NCBI RefSeq assembly: GCF_002571385.2
Contig: NW_019218608.1
Location: forward strand, 1 to 64,000
Direction: 5' to 3'
From: Stylophora pistillata
Taxonomy: Eukaryota
DNA length: 64,000 bases
In this document: positions 12,059 to 24,070 of the stretch, in pieces
How the letters are laid out: each line of letters opens with the position of its first letter
Position numbering within the stretch: position 1 is the first letter of the stretch
Made by a program: the position numbers and the translations under genes
Notes under the pieces: generated by a model
What the model saw: the letters and a program-made list of their open reading frames with translations, nothing else
Databases searched by the model: none
Told to the model about the DNA's origin: nothing

Positions 12059-15000
12059 AAGAAAAAAGGATGGTTATGAAGTTACCGTAAAATTTTCTTT
12101 GTGTATTTGTGTTGTTCTATCTTGTTCTATCTTGAGACGAACTTAAAGTCGGGCAAAACGTACTTACTAGCGACCATGAAATATACATGGCAAGCCTACT
12201 TGTCGCCATCGTCTACTGGCATAAATCACTAAAATTTGTTTAAAAAAATCTGACATAACATTCTTACCTTGTTTAATTATGATTTTATTAGCTGTTTCGA
12301 TTATCATATTACGTCTAGGTATTACTTTTTCCAGCAGAAGCCCAGGTTTTGCTTTGTATTCTCCCCTCCCCCATTTATATTGTAAGCTTGTCACGCAATA
12401 ATTGATACCGACACAAATGAATACTTACCCTGTATAAAGATTTTTGTTTATGTTGAATTGAAAATATCAGAATGTGTGCTTTTTGTGGTCACTGATCGTT
12501 ATTTCATTGGCAGCGAAGCAGTTAAAAGCGGGTTGTTGCTTCAACGCTATTGAAATTTATAGTGTACAGACAGGAGAGCAAAGCGTGATGCTCTGGGAAT
12601 AAAATGTTACGTGATATCGGAATGAGTTTTGTTCTAGAACGAGTTCATCCCGGTTGCCATATGATACCAATTAGGCAAGGTTAAAATTTATTCGAAACGA
12701 GTAATGTTTTAATAAGTTTATTGGGGTTTTCATTTCACAAAGAAACATTTATTCTGGACGACCATTTGTACCTGAATAATGTAAACGCTATACGACACTC
12801 ATATCTGCAGAGTAAAAGACAGAGAAGGACATCATACTTGTTTTTACAGGCTAAATTATCTCGCATGTAAACGCGGTACCTTAACTACTTTGCACTATCT
12901 GTTAATATTCTTTGCATTGTAATGCCATCGAAACAATTATGTACAAATAAAACAAGACTCAGGATTTACAGGAACACCTCTCCACCAAATATTTAATTAG
13001 CATAATATATGGTCTCTTGTGCTTAATCCCCGACGTCCATAGGCGTACGAGCTGGGGGAGGGAGGGTGGGGGGCTGCAGCACCCTCCGTTGCGGAAATTA
13101 TGTAATTTTTCGGGCAAAACGCTCTTGATTAGGGCAATGACATTTGGGAGAAAACATTATAAAATAATGCCGTTGGCGTGATTTCCAAAAGTCGCGAATA
13201 AAGTTACTAGTTAATTACTTTCCAGGTAATTAGATGCCCGAAGGTGGTGTCTTTAGAGATTTCGAAATTTAAATAATATCTTTTAAAATGTAAAATGTAT
13301 TGTTTCGGTAACATCTGCTGCAGTTCATACCTAATTTTCGCGCCAATTTCGCGGAGAGCGGGAAAATATTTTGACGAGTTCATATGAAGGTTTAGGTTTC
13401 CTCGTTGAAGTTCGTTCGATTCGTTGTTAAGTCGGTGGACTTGAAAGGTTCAAGAAGACGTAAACAATTAGGTGACTAAAGGTCAAGCGGCTGTCAAGGA
13501 CAACAAGGCGAAAAGTAAATACTACACAAATTTCATTAAGAAATTCGTTTATTCTATTCGATCGATTCTATCCGTAAATCTCAGTATTAAAGTATCACAT
13601 AATACGAGCTGATGTCACCCAGCTGGTAACTACCAGTTATTGACAGCTTTCAATGATAGCAGTTTCATTAGAAGGGAAGATGGTGAACATTTCCGTTTGC
13701 ATCCCGATTTCAACCCTTACCCTTTCGGGCATTGCGTGTTTTTTTCGGGCAAGGAAGTCCCCGCCCCCCAAGGGTGTCCGCCCCAAAGTGCCCGTACGCC
13801 TCTGCCGACGTCCTTCTGAAGATCTTGCAGGACCTTTTCTCTTTCCACAGCCTGTTGGTCTTTCTGGGTTTCAGTTTCGACATCGTGAATGCCCTTTTTT
13901 TTTGCTGTCTCCCGCGAAAAGAAGCTTGCTATTTGCTGAGATTTCAGGTATTCGTCTACTTGAAAAATTGCTTCGCTACTTGGGAGTCTTGCCTTTCGCA
14001 TGGATTTCGACACAGATACAGGATCCACCTTGTGACCAGTTTGATTACCAGCGTTATAAATGTCAAGCAAGTAGTCTTTCTGTATTTTGGAGAGTCACTT
14101 GTAATGTCTGGAACTTTTACGGGCCCATCCCATTTTTAATGAGGGTTCATCTCATTCAAGGTTACCAGCTTTATCAGAGACATAAGGGACATTAGTCCGT
14201 GCACCTTCTTTAAGTTGAGCTGCATATTTTAACATAGCCTTGTCGTAAAGGGTTTCACGATCTAGAACATATTGGTGTTTACCGCAATCGAGGTGGTTCT
14301 GAAGGGATGAAAGTCTTTGGTACGACTTAATACAGCCCTCTTCTTTACAAAAGAACAAGCTCTGCTCCTCTGAGTCGGAATCTGTTTCCTCTGGCGTATC
14401 AGTTATCTGATCACTAGGTGATTTGTTTTTAGCTGAAACTCGTCATCTTACGGTAACGTCAGTGAATGATACAATAGAACAGTGTGTGGGTGTGGCTTTG
14501 TCAAGCGTGGGCAACTGGTAATAAGTAGGAATGTCAAGGTCACTCCGAAGTAGCCATTTGCCAGGTTTAATGTTGTACGCTCTCCAAACTAGAACACCCT
14601 CTCTATTAAATGTCAAATTATTAAGGAAACTAATTTTGCACACGGTGGTAAGTAGCCTACTTACCGGAGCCAGGTTGTATAAATTTTCCAGATACCTTGA
14701 GTATTATCCGTGAAACACGCTTGCCAATTCCCCTATCGTCTTTTGGAATCGACGTAACCCTGCCTTCACCATGGCCGGACACTTCCTTTGGCACTCTACA
14801 TCTACTATTGAAATCACGACTCCACCCAACCCCGCGTTTTGATCTATGAGTGGGGCCAATTGTGAAATCATCGATATCTTTTGGCGTCTTGAAGATGCCG
14901 GCTCGCGACAAAATCAGGTGAACTTCATTTTCCGGATCTAAAAACTTATAACTCCGCAAGTGGCTTGAAATGCCATTTTTACAAATACGCAAGGAAACGA

Positions 15001-15653
15001 CTTGAGATTTACAACTTCGGTCTTCTCGTTAACTAAACCCACAAGTTCCACCAGCGAACGATTTATTAGATGAACAGCAAAGCTCCATGTTAGCATGTAA
15101 GATGAGATGCTTGTAAAACAGATAACACGCTAAATTAGTATGTAGCTTGTCAATCAAATTGACTTTTGTAAACAGTCTCTGACTTATGCCGGTAAAGGAG
15201 TCATTGAGGAATCTGGACATTTTAGTTCTCTGAATACAGAAATTCCTGGAAGGTTTTTCTAGATATGATGCAAGGAGGAAAAAAAACAATTTCTTCATAT
15301 TTCGGAGGTTGATCCATCTTTGAATTTATGTCACGCTTGTCATGCAATTGATAAAATAAAATGAAGAAGATATATAAACTGGAACTCAGCTTTGGCTAGG
15401 ATGTGGTAAAGCATAACGTGATCATCGAAACAGCTATTAAAATCCTAGATAACCATGGTAAGAGTGTTATGTTAGATTTTTTTCGCAAACTGTGGTAATT
15501 CATGCCAGTAAACGGTGGCGACAAGTAGGCATCATGTATATTTCATAGTCGCTAGCAAGTAAATTGTGCCCGACTTTGAGTTCGTCTCACGTTAGAACAA
15601 CACGAATACACAGGGAAATTTTTACAGCAATTTTATAACCGTCCTTTTGTCTT
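12059..15653 (-). mobile_element. Internally deleted DNA transposon with TTAA TSD and long imperfect TIRs (Sola3-like, tentative)
   Basis: TTAA at 12055-12058 and 15654-15657, with ~200-bp inverted repeats aagaaaaaaggatggttat... / ...ataaccgtccttttgtctt. Minus-strand ORF relics include C2H2 CKEEGC...HLDCGKH and QQIASFFSR. No DDD core was found. Confidence 0.7.
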
Positions 15654-16089
15654 TTAAAAGCTAGAAGCTCAGTAGATTCTGTCATATCGGTCATTATTAA
15701 CACTTTCTTTGTCTTGATGCTACTTTTCGACATAGAAAGAGTATGTTGGACAAAAATATTCACCGAAAAAAAAAAAGAATTTCTTTGCCAGCTTCAATAA
15801 TAACAGGGAATTTAGTTTAGATGATAAAACAAAGGATTATGTTGTCAGAAATACCGGAGGTCAAGTATATTCGTTACACGAGGTGACAACTTGCGTGACA
15901 TTCACGGTGAAATTTTGCATATTTGAGGGGTCGAACTAAAAAAAATTATTTCTCGAAAACTAAAATATACTTTCACAAAAAAATTACACCACCAACTATT
16001 AGGACATATTGGGCTACAAAATATGCAAGCAGGAGTGAAAGCAAATTTTGGATGACTTGCCTCTGTTTGTCTGATGCTTGTTGACATTA

Positions 16090-16263
16090 GCTTTTAACAT
16101 TCCACCATGTAAGTCTATTTCCACGCTTGGTGATCGATCTTTTTATGTGGCTGCCCCTAACTTATGGAACAATCTTCCCCTTTTTATTAGAAATATATCT
16201 TCAGTTAATGCTTTCAAGAAGGCTCTTAAAACTCATTTATTCCAGGAGACGTTTCCTAGCTAA
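16090..16263 (+). mobile_element. CR1/L2-type LINE 3' end fragment
   Basis: TLGDRSFYVAAPNLWNNLPLFIR...FKKALKTHLF, a typical ORF2 C-terminus. Confidence 0.8.
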
Positions 16264-16459
16264 TTTATTGTTTTTATTCTTTTCATAAAGAAGGATTTGT
16301 ATAGAGGAATTTAAGGATTAATTAATTATTGTAAATAAGACTTTTTGTTACTTGGAATATGTTTAGGATTTCAGGACTTTGTTGAGTCAATGTAATGCGC
16401 AGATGAAAATTTTTTACTCTCGAATGATATTTGCGCAATACAAATCAATAAATATTATT

Positions 16460-16812
16460 ATATTATTAAATGTCGCGAGGGTGGGTGACATCCTTAATGC
16501 CTTACTAAGTTTTGACCAGATATATGGGCCCTGGTATCTTATTGTATGCTTTCCGTAGCCTATGGTATTAAAACGAGGTATTTCAAAGTCGCAGTTTCTA
16601 AGGGAATACTGAGAATTGCTAAAATTGAATAATCGTAATTGACAGCTTGGGACAAGATCGTTTTTAACCTTGTACATCAGAATGGCGATATCTTGTAGCC
16701 GCCTGTTGTTTAGAGTCGGCAGTCTAGCACGAACGAGAAGATCTTCGTACGTTTCCGTCTTAGATTTATATATTGCGCGTGGTGCGCTTTCCTGTACCCG
16801 TTCAATCTTTCT
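16460..16812 (-). mobile_element. Second CR1/L2-type LINE 3' fragment, opposite orientation
   Basis: RLPTLNNRRLQDIAILMYKVKN...YSLRN...PRFNTIGYGKHTIRYQGPYIWSKL. Confidence 0.8.
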
Positions 16813-16954
16813 TTCCCTTATTGCAAGGCCATAAGGAGGAAAAAAAGGATCCGTAACTTATAAAACGGACCGGAAAGACGAGATTTGTAAGGCTAAGAGA
16901 TACAATAATTAACTATAAAATTAAAAAGGTATAAAGTTTGAACACTAGTTAAAG

Positions 16955-17272
16955 TCAGCCGAGCGTCGGTAGAGTATCGGCCGAAAGTCGACAATCTATC
17001 GGCCGAGAGTCGACAGTCTATCGGCCGACTAGCCTTCGCGATAAGGATGCTGCTGGCCGACACATGAGTCGTTCGCCACTCGAACAACTATCGACCCAGG
17101 TCTATCGAGTGTCGACCATGTGTCGATCGACCTATGGATAGAGCGACTGTCGATCGACACTCGCCCAACATGTGGGTCGAGTGTCGACCACACCCGATCG
17201 ATATGTTGGTCGAGTGTCGATCGATACCAGCGATCGACACTCGACCGCGGGTGCCTTTAGTACACATGATCC
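16955..17272. repeat. TCGA/CGGCCG-rich degenerate repeat, probably a non-autonomous DNA element remnant
   Basis: Dense gtcgac/tcgatcga/tcggccga words in an otherwise CpG-poor background, ending in tttagtacacatgatcc. Confidence 0.6.
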
Positions 17273-18039
17273 GAAGGAAGAGCCCTAGAATCACTTAAGC
17301 ATGACTTTCAGAAGGCACTGGCAAACTTCTTTCCCCTTGTGCCATCAGAGAATGGTATCTTCATGGAGGTTACCCAGCCAAAGAAAAACATCGTGGCTTA
17401 ACCGAAAAAGTGTCTACTTGCAACAAATCGTCAAAGCCGAAAAAAGGGAGTATGCCCATTTGCCTCTCTAATTGGGACTTAAAAGAAAAAAAACAGTCAT
17501 CCTATTCAGTTACCTTGCCAGCTAAAGCAACCCGCCACTCTACCACAGTATCAGAAAAACAAGTTTCAATATCAGTCATATTCCTGCCAATAATCCATTC
17601 ATAATTCATTAAAACAGAAAAACTTCCACAACCATATCATCTACTACCAAAGAATGCGACCAGCAAATTCCTGTCTCAGTAACTGAGGATAACTGTCCCG
17701 ATCCAAAGTCATGTTTGCATCCACAGGACCCTGAGAAAAAGAGTGACACCCTGAAGGCTATGGCCATTAATAAGGAGACCTCTGCTGAACAAAATATCCA
17801 TCCCTTCATCAAAGAAAATGCCACACACTTACTGAAAAGCACAACTATCTCCATGGACTCAGGTACATGTGATGATTCAATGAAAGATACAACTTCTCAA
17901 CTTCTACTAGCCTATCATCTAAAACTACAAAAGAATACAAGCATGACATTCCTGTCTTAGTTATTGATCAGAGCTCTCCTGATCCAAAGTCAAGGTTGCA
18001 TCTTCAGGACCCTGTAGACCCAACCTCAACCCTGATACT

Positions 18040-18760
18040 GTATGAACATTGAAAGGATCACACTTTAAACAAGACAACATGCCTGTGTGATTCTGAGATA
18101 CATGCTGGTCAGATCCTCCTAAAACAAAAACTCCCTATTGTAGATGGTCTACAGGACCCAGCTATTGTGGATGCATTAGTCACTCCAGCCATTAGTGAGT
18201 TTGTACAGAACATAAACACTGGCTCACACTGGGTTTGCCTGAGCACAATAGCTACTAGTCCTGAAACTGTCAAGGTGTATGACAGGTTATATCAAAATGT
18301 AAACACAGTTGCCCTCGATCATTCATGTCGCGTGCTATTGTATACTGGATCTACAGTCACTTTTTCTAATGAAAGAGTGCAAAAGCAAACAAATTAAAAT
18401 GAATGTGGCTTGTTTGAACTGGTATTCGCTACAGATTTATGCCACAGCGTAGACCCCACAGTGCAGTCATATGACTAAGATAACAGGCCCAAACATTACA
18501 TCAACAGCCTGGACTCACATAATACGGTTCCTTTCCCAAGAACATCAAGACGGGCACCATATCATGCAATCAGCAAAAGAAAAGCAGTGAAAATCTACTG
18601 TGTGTGTTAAGAACGCCATACGATAAAAAGAGTCTACATGTGAAGTGTTGCCAGTGTAAATGCTGGTATCAGCCAACATGTGTGGCAATTTCAGCATAGG
18701 CAATCAACACGTACTAATTGGAAATGGAGATGCAACAAGTGTAGAAGCTTGCCTGCTAAA
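18040..18760 (+). pseudogene. Ulp1/C48-like cysteine protease + PHD finger relic (probable transposon cargo)
   Basis: DSEIHAGQILLK...GLQDP...SHWVCLS...VKVYD...VQKQTN*NECGLF, followed by IYCVC...CCQCKCWY..TCV...WRCNKC. Intronless, with several stops and frameshifts. Confidence 0.7.
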
Positions 18761-20599
18761 AAAGCAAACCTACATACACTGTACAGCTAGTCATGTGAAG
18801 AACAAAAATATAGATTAGGAGGTCAGATGTTTTGCAACAATAACACAATTGCAATGCTATCAAAATGTATCCAAAAATCCTTTTCATTGTGTTATTTCAA
18901 TCAGAATTTAAGGGGTTCATTTTAGAGCTTAAAATTCATTATACTAATAAATATTATTGTGGGTGATTCCAACCACACCAGTGTATTCTCTAGACAGTCA
19001 AGTTTGATCATCAGTAGTAACCACACAAATGGTGGCAATGGTGTGAATGATTTGTAATTCAAAGTTAATCGCATCCTGAAAAACAATGAGTTTCTCCGTC
19101 AGTTTTTGTCTGCGTAACTCATTTTCCCTTGTTCTTGAGTTTGTAGTGCTTTAATATCATGATGAAAATTGCCTGTGAGAATTTCATGGATGATACTTAT
19201 AGACCCACAATATAATTCATAGGTTATAATCTTCAAGTTCAAATTGAAATACTTAACATTTAGGAGGAAGCTCAAGCTGAACATTCAAATATTGACAGTC
19301 GGTGGACTGTCATTAGACAGTCATCTTAAAATTGTGAAATATGTACATCAATTTATGTAATACAAGTTTGAAGGCTTATCATATGATAAATTTCTGATTA
19401 AGTACTTCTTCAGCAATTTCTGTATATATGAGTTCAACACAAATGCAATTAAAATTAATACTTGTCTTTCCCGACTATTCGGATGTCATTGTTCTTCTGC
19501 TCACTAGGCAGCTATGAGGTTCAGATCAATGGTGTATAGGATTTCCAAGAGGTGTTGCCAATCAATCAAATCGACCGAAACCAGGTCGACAAGTGAGGAA
19601 CCGCACAAACATTTCGTTAACAGCGCCATTGATCAAAATATCATTAAACTCGAACAAAAAGCCTGATTTTCTGTTGAAATCTGCCAGAAACTGGCTCAAA
19701 CGCACTACGCGAACTTCCTAATATATGAGTACACTTTAAATACGCTTCGTCAAGAATAAGCGAAAGCCACGTTGTAACCTACGGATCCTCATACAAGCTG
19801 CCGCTGATATGTCATGGGCTCATCTGGTTTAGGACGATGATATGTATTGCTTTCTAGTTTCTAAGCTCCTCAAGAAAGTGAACCCCAAAAACATACTGAC
19901 ACAACCCGAACAGACTCATTTGGCGCACCACATAATCTAAGGTGGAGGAGCGTGACATCGGAGTATCGCCCACTCCGCGATGAAAATTTCGTTTCTTCCC
20001 CCATCTAAGTTTCTTGGCTTTAAAATCGCAAAAGGAAGACATTCTAAGCGATCCCTCACAAAATATCCCTGCAACGTTGCATATTAGCTCCCAGAATTTT
20101 AAGAAATTTAACTTACATTGTGACTAATATACGGGTGGATATAAGGGGAAAATGCCAAAGATAATTAATTCAGTATTCAAAGAAAAGTGATCAACCCGAG
20201 TGTTAAGGTCTAGCAAGGAACCTCGAAAAGATAACACGACTAAAATCTTTATTTGAATACTTCTGAAATGGAGATTATTTCACTCACAAGCTAGCTACAA
20301 CGATGTTCTATAATCATACTCGTCTCTAGAAAACTTGCCTCAATACAACAAAGTTCAACTTAAGTATGTGACACTCAGATTTCATAACCGTTGGAAAAAG
20401 AACAAAATGATCGAGTAACAATATTGCTAAATGAGCATGCAATTAAAGATATATTAAGGACGTTTGTTCAACTTGTAATAAAATCAGCAATCAGTCTGTG
20501 GCAGTTTTTATATTTTTTTTTTAGTTCTTTATTTGGGGGGAGGAGGGGCGAGCCAGTGTTATGGCTGCCACGCTTAATTTAGGAGGCATAGGGTTTTCT

Positions 20600-23500
20600 A
20601 TTTTTTGCTTATTATTAGCTCAGTTGTTCCGCATAAGAAGAATTATTATTCGTCTAGGAAAACCACGAGCCATACCGACATCTCAAATGGCTTCGAATTA
20701 AGGTACAGGGTTGATTTATTGGACTTTTTACGGAGTCGGGAGGAATCCAAGTCAAGTTAACAAAAGATTCTGGCGAACGAACAGAGCCTTTTGCAAGATG
20801 TCTAAGTGGGGCTCTACATGCCTTGCTATTCCTGGACACGACCCCCTTCTAGATATTACTGTTTTCCACGATATTCCTAAGAATCCAGGTCCTACATTTC
20901 CTCAAGACTTTAACTTTTCGGACATTTGCAACAACGAGCCAGGCTTGAATTTACATATTGGCAACGAACCGGGCGCCAATTTGCATATTGGCAGTGAAGG
21001 ACGCACTCCATTGATCGCATACTCTCGTGAGAAGTTGTTGCAATTAAGATCTTCAAGCAATGCGCTGGTATACACCAGTCCCAAGATTTGAGGGACTGTA
21101 ACATCTTAAGGAAGGAAAGACTAAGAGCTGGCAGGCTGGTTCGTTTCAGGAAATTCAATGGGCATAAACGGCGAAATTTTATAACTCTAACTTCATCAAC
21201 AGAGAGTCCCACTGCTCGTGTAAACAATACTGTCTGTGAGCGTCCTGATACTGCCAGCTCTTTTAAGAGGTGTCAAGGCGGTGTTGACTGGAAAAATTTA
21301 GCGTGTGTTAATATAGGATCATCTTCTACAAGATTATTTCCGGTTCCTAAGAGCCTATTCCGTAATACCTGTAGTCTCGAGAAGATAAAGAATAGAGTAC
21401 GAGCATCTGCAGCTCTGACGGTAGATTTTCGATCGTGGGAAATTGACGTTGGTGTTATTTCAGAAACGCATCTTTAAAGACAGAAACCTGACAGTATTGT
21501 TGCTATCGAAGGGTATACAATATATAGAAGGGGCAGAGATTGGGCCGGAACTGATAAGCGAAAGAAAGGTGGAGTTGCAGTATATGTGCGGGAAAACTTA
21601 AAGGTCTTGGATGTTAATCGTGAACGCTCCTTCGAGAGGCTGAGTGTGGAATTACTATTTCTGTCTGGACATCATATACTTATCACTGGATTATAGCATC
21701 CCCCAAGTTTTCAGTATGATGAAGGCGATCTTATTGATACCATCATTGATCGTTGTGATACATTCTTAGACATGTATCCAAATGGTGTAGTACTCTGTGG
21801 AGGTGATCTGAAGCGGCTAGATCTGGACTGTCTTTCCACTTCATCTGGACTAGTGCCTATGGTGAATCTCGCCACTAGAGGGTCTCCCATCTTGGATAAC
21901 TGCCTCACAAACCACCCTGAGCTGTCCAACGACCCTTTACGCTTTGAAGCGCTTATAAAAACTGACCACTGGGGCGTAATACTTCCTCCGGGGAATAGAA
22001 TTAAACCATTTCGATCTAAATGCTGTTTTAGGGATTTTAGAGAGCATCACAAGATCAAATTTACCTCAGAGTTAGAATTTTTTTGATTGGACACTTGTGA
22101 TCAGTGCTCCAGATGTTGAAGTGGCAACTAGCATATTAAACAGGGAACTGCGCAATCTTATGGATAAGTGTTTCCCGGTGAGGAGAGTTGTGATGTCTTC
22201 ACGTGACCCCTACTGGATTACTCCACTAATTAAATATCTTCTAAGGAAAAAGAAAAGAGCTGCTGATAAGGGCCATATTCAAAAAGTGGGGGACTTGTCA
22301 TCGAAGGTCTTCAAGTTGATTGGTGAAAATCGAAAAAACTTGGGCAGGAATGGAGCACAGGGGAGTTTGCACTGGTGGAGGAGAGTGGACAAAATCACCC
22401 TAAGGAAAGAGAAACCTCAGCTATATTTAGAAAAGGAATTTCTTGCTGGTCTTAATGATCATTTTGGGGACGTATATAACGATGAGAACTATGTCAAACC
22501 AGTGCCTCTCAGGGTAAACCCCGAGACACACACACCCCCAAAGCTCCACGAATTTGAAGCGATGATGGCATTATCAAAGATTAAAAAAACCGCTACTAGC
22601 CCTGATGGGTTGCCTTTTCGGGTTTTGAGGGACAATTGCACAAGTCTCGCTCCTGTGGTGACTGCTTTGTGGAACAAGTCTCTGTCCTCTTACACTTGGC
22701 CGACAGCTTGGAAAGAAGCTAACATCAACCCGTCCCAAAGGTAGACACTCCTGTTCAATATTTGGATTTTCGGGGAATTAATGTGACTCCAGTTATAGCA
22801 CGCTGTTTTGAAAGAACTGTATACCATCATTACAGTAAGAAAGTTTTTGAGGAAAATCTGACCTTCACAAAATATGCCTAAAGGGAGGGCTTCATCCTTA
22901 CAGACGCCTCGATTCAGATACAGCATAATTACTTAAGGGCACTTGATGATAAGGATTGTAATTATGTTAGGCTTTTTGCGATGGATTTTTCGAAAGCCTT
23001 CGATAATGTACAGCAATTGTTAGTAGGGAAAAGCTAAAGGCTATTCATCTCAATCCTTATCTTGCCAACTGATACTTAAGTTTTCTAATGGATAGGAAAC
23101 AAAGACTAATATTTAAGGGTTTTATCTACAAATTGCATAATGTGAACAAAGGAACAACCCAGGGTGATGTCAGTGGGCCTCATCTTTTCAATTTTTTTAT
23201 CAACGATTTAGCTATTAGTGATAGTGACTTTACCAGCATAGTTAAATATGCTGACGACACTACCTTACTAGTCAAAGTATGTAAAAATGAAATAGATCAT
23301 TCTCAAGAGGTTGTCAATCAGTTTCTCAGTTGGACCCAAGATAATGCCATGGCATGTAATCCCAAAAAATGTAATGAACTAATACTTTGTAAGAAGGTTG
23401 CTCGTGATGTAGACCCTGTAAACAATATCACGCAAGTTTCTTGTTTAAAAGTGTTAGGGGTTACTTTACAGAGTATTCACAGGTTTAATGAGCATATTAA

Positions 23501-24070
23501 GGATAAGCTGCAAGAGGCCAATAAGTGTCTTTATGTGATAAGAAGTTTGCGCAAAGAGGGATATCAACAACCAGATGTAGATTACGTTTTTAGACCAATT
23601 GTTTTACCTAAACTAACGTATGGTCTATCCATATACGCTTCCTCAATACCTGAATTAACAACGGTCCAGAATTTTCCACAGCGCTGCTTTAAACGCAAAT
23701 ATATTTCGAACCAAATTGATATATATATATAATGTATTAGAAGAGGTTGATCGCTCACTATTCAAGATTCAAAAAGATCTCCAGTATGCCTGGTCACCCT
23801 CTGTACCCTTCTGTCCCTAAAACGAGAGAAAGCTCAGCGCGTCTCCGAGTTCCTAGTAGTCAACTCCCTAGGGTTAACACCCAGCGTTTAAAAAATGGTT
23901 TTTTTAATAGGCTCTTTTTTAAATATAGAGTAGCTATCTAATGTAATGTTTTATATTATGTAATGTTGATAGCCTTGTAATTATTTTTATGTAAATTTTC
24001 TTGTTTTAGCATGTATTTTTGCTTAAAAACAATAAAGACCTATTATTATTATAATTATTATTATTATTAT
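20600..24070 (+). mobile_element. Near full-length degenerate CR1/L2-group LINE (APE + RT)
   Basis: APE motifs ISETHL, KKGGVAVYV, GGDL and TDH. RT motifs FRGINVTP, DFSKAFD, GTTQGDVSGPHLF and YADD. 3' aataaa plus (TAT)n tail at ~24031-24070. Many frameshifts. Confidence 0.92.
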
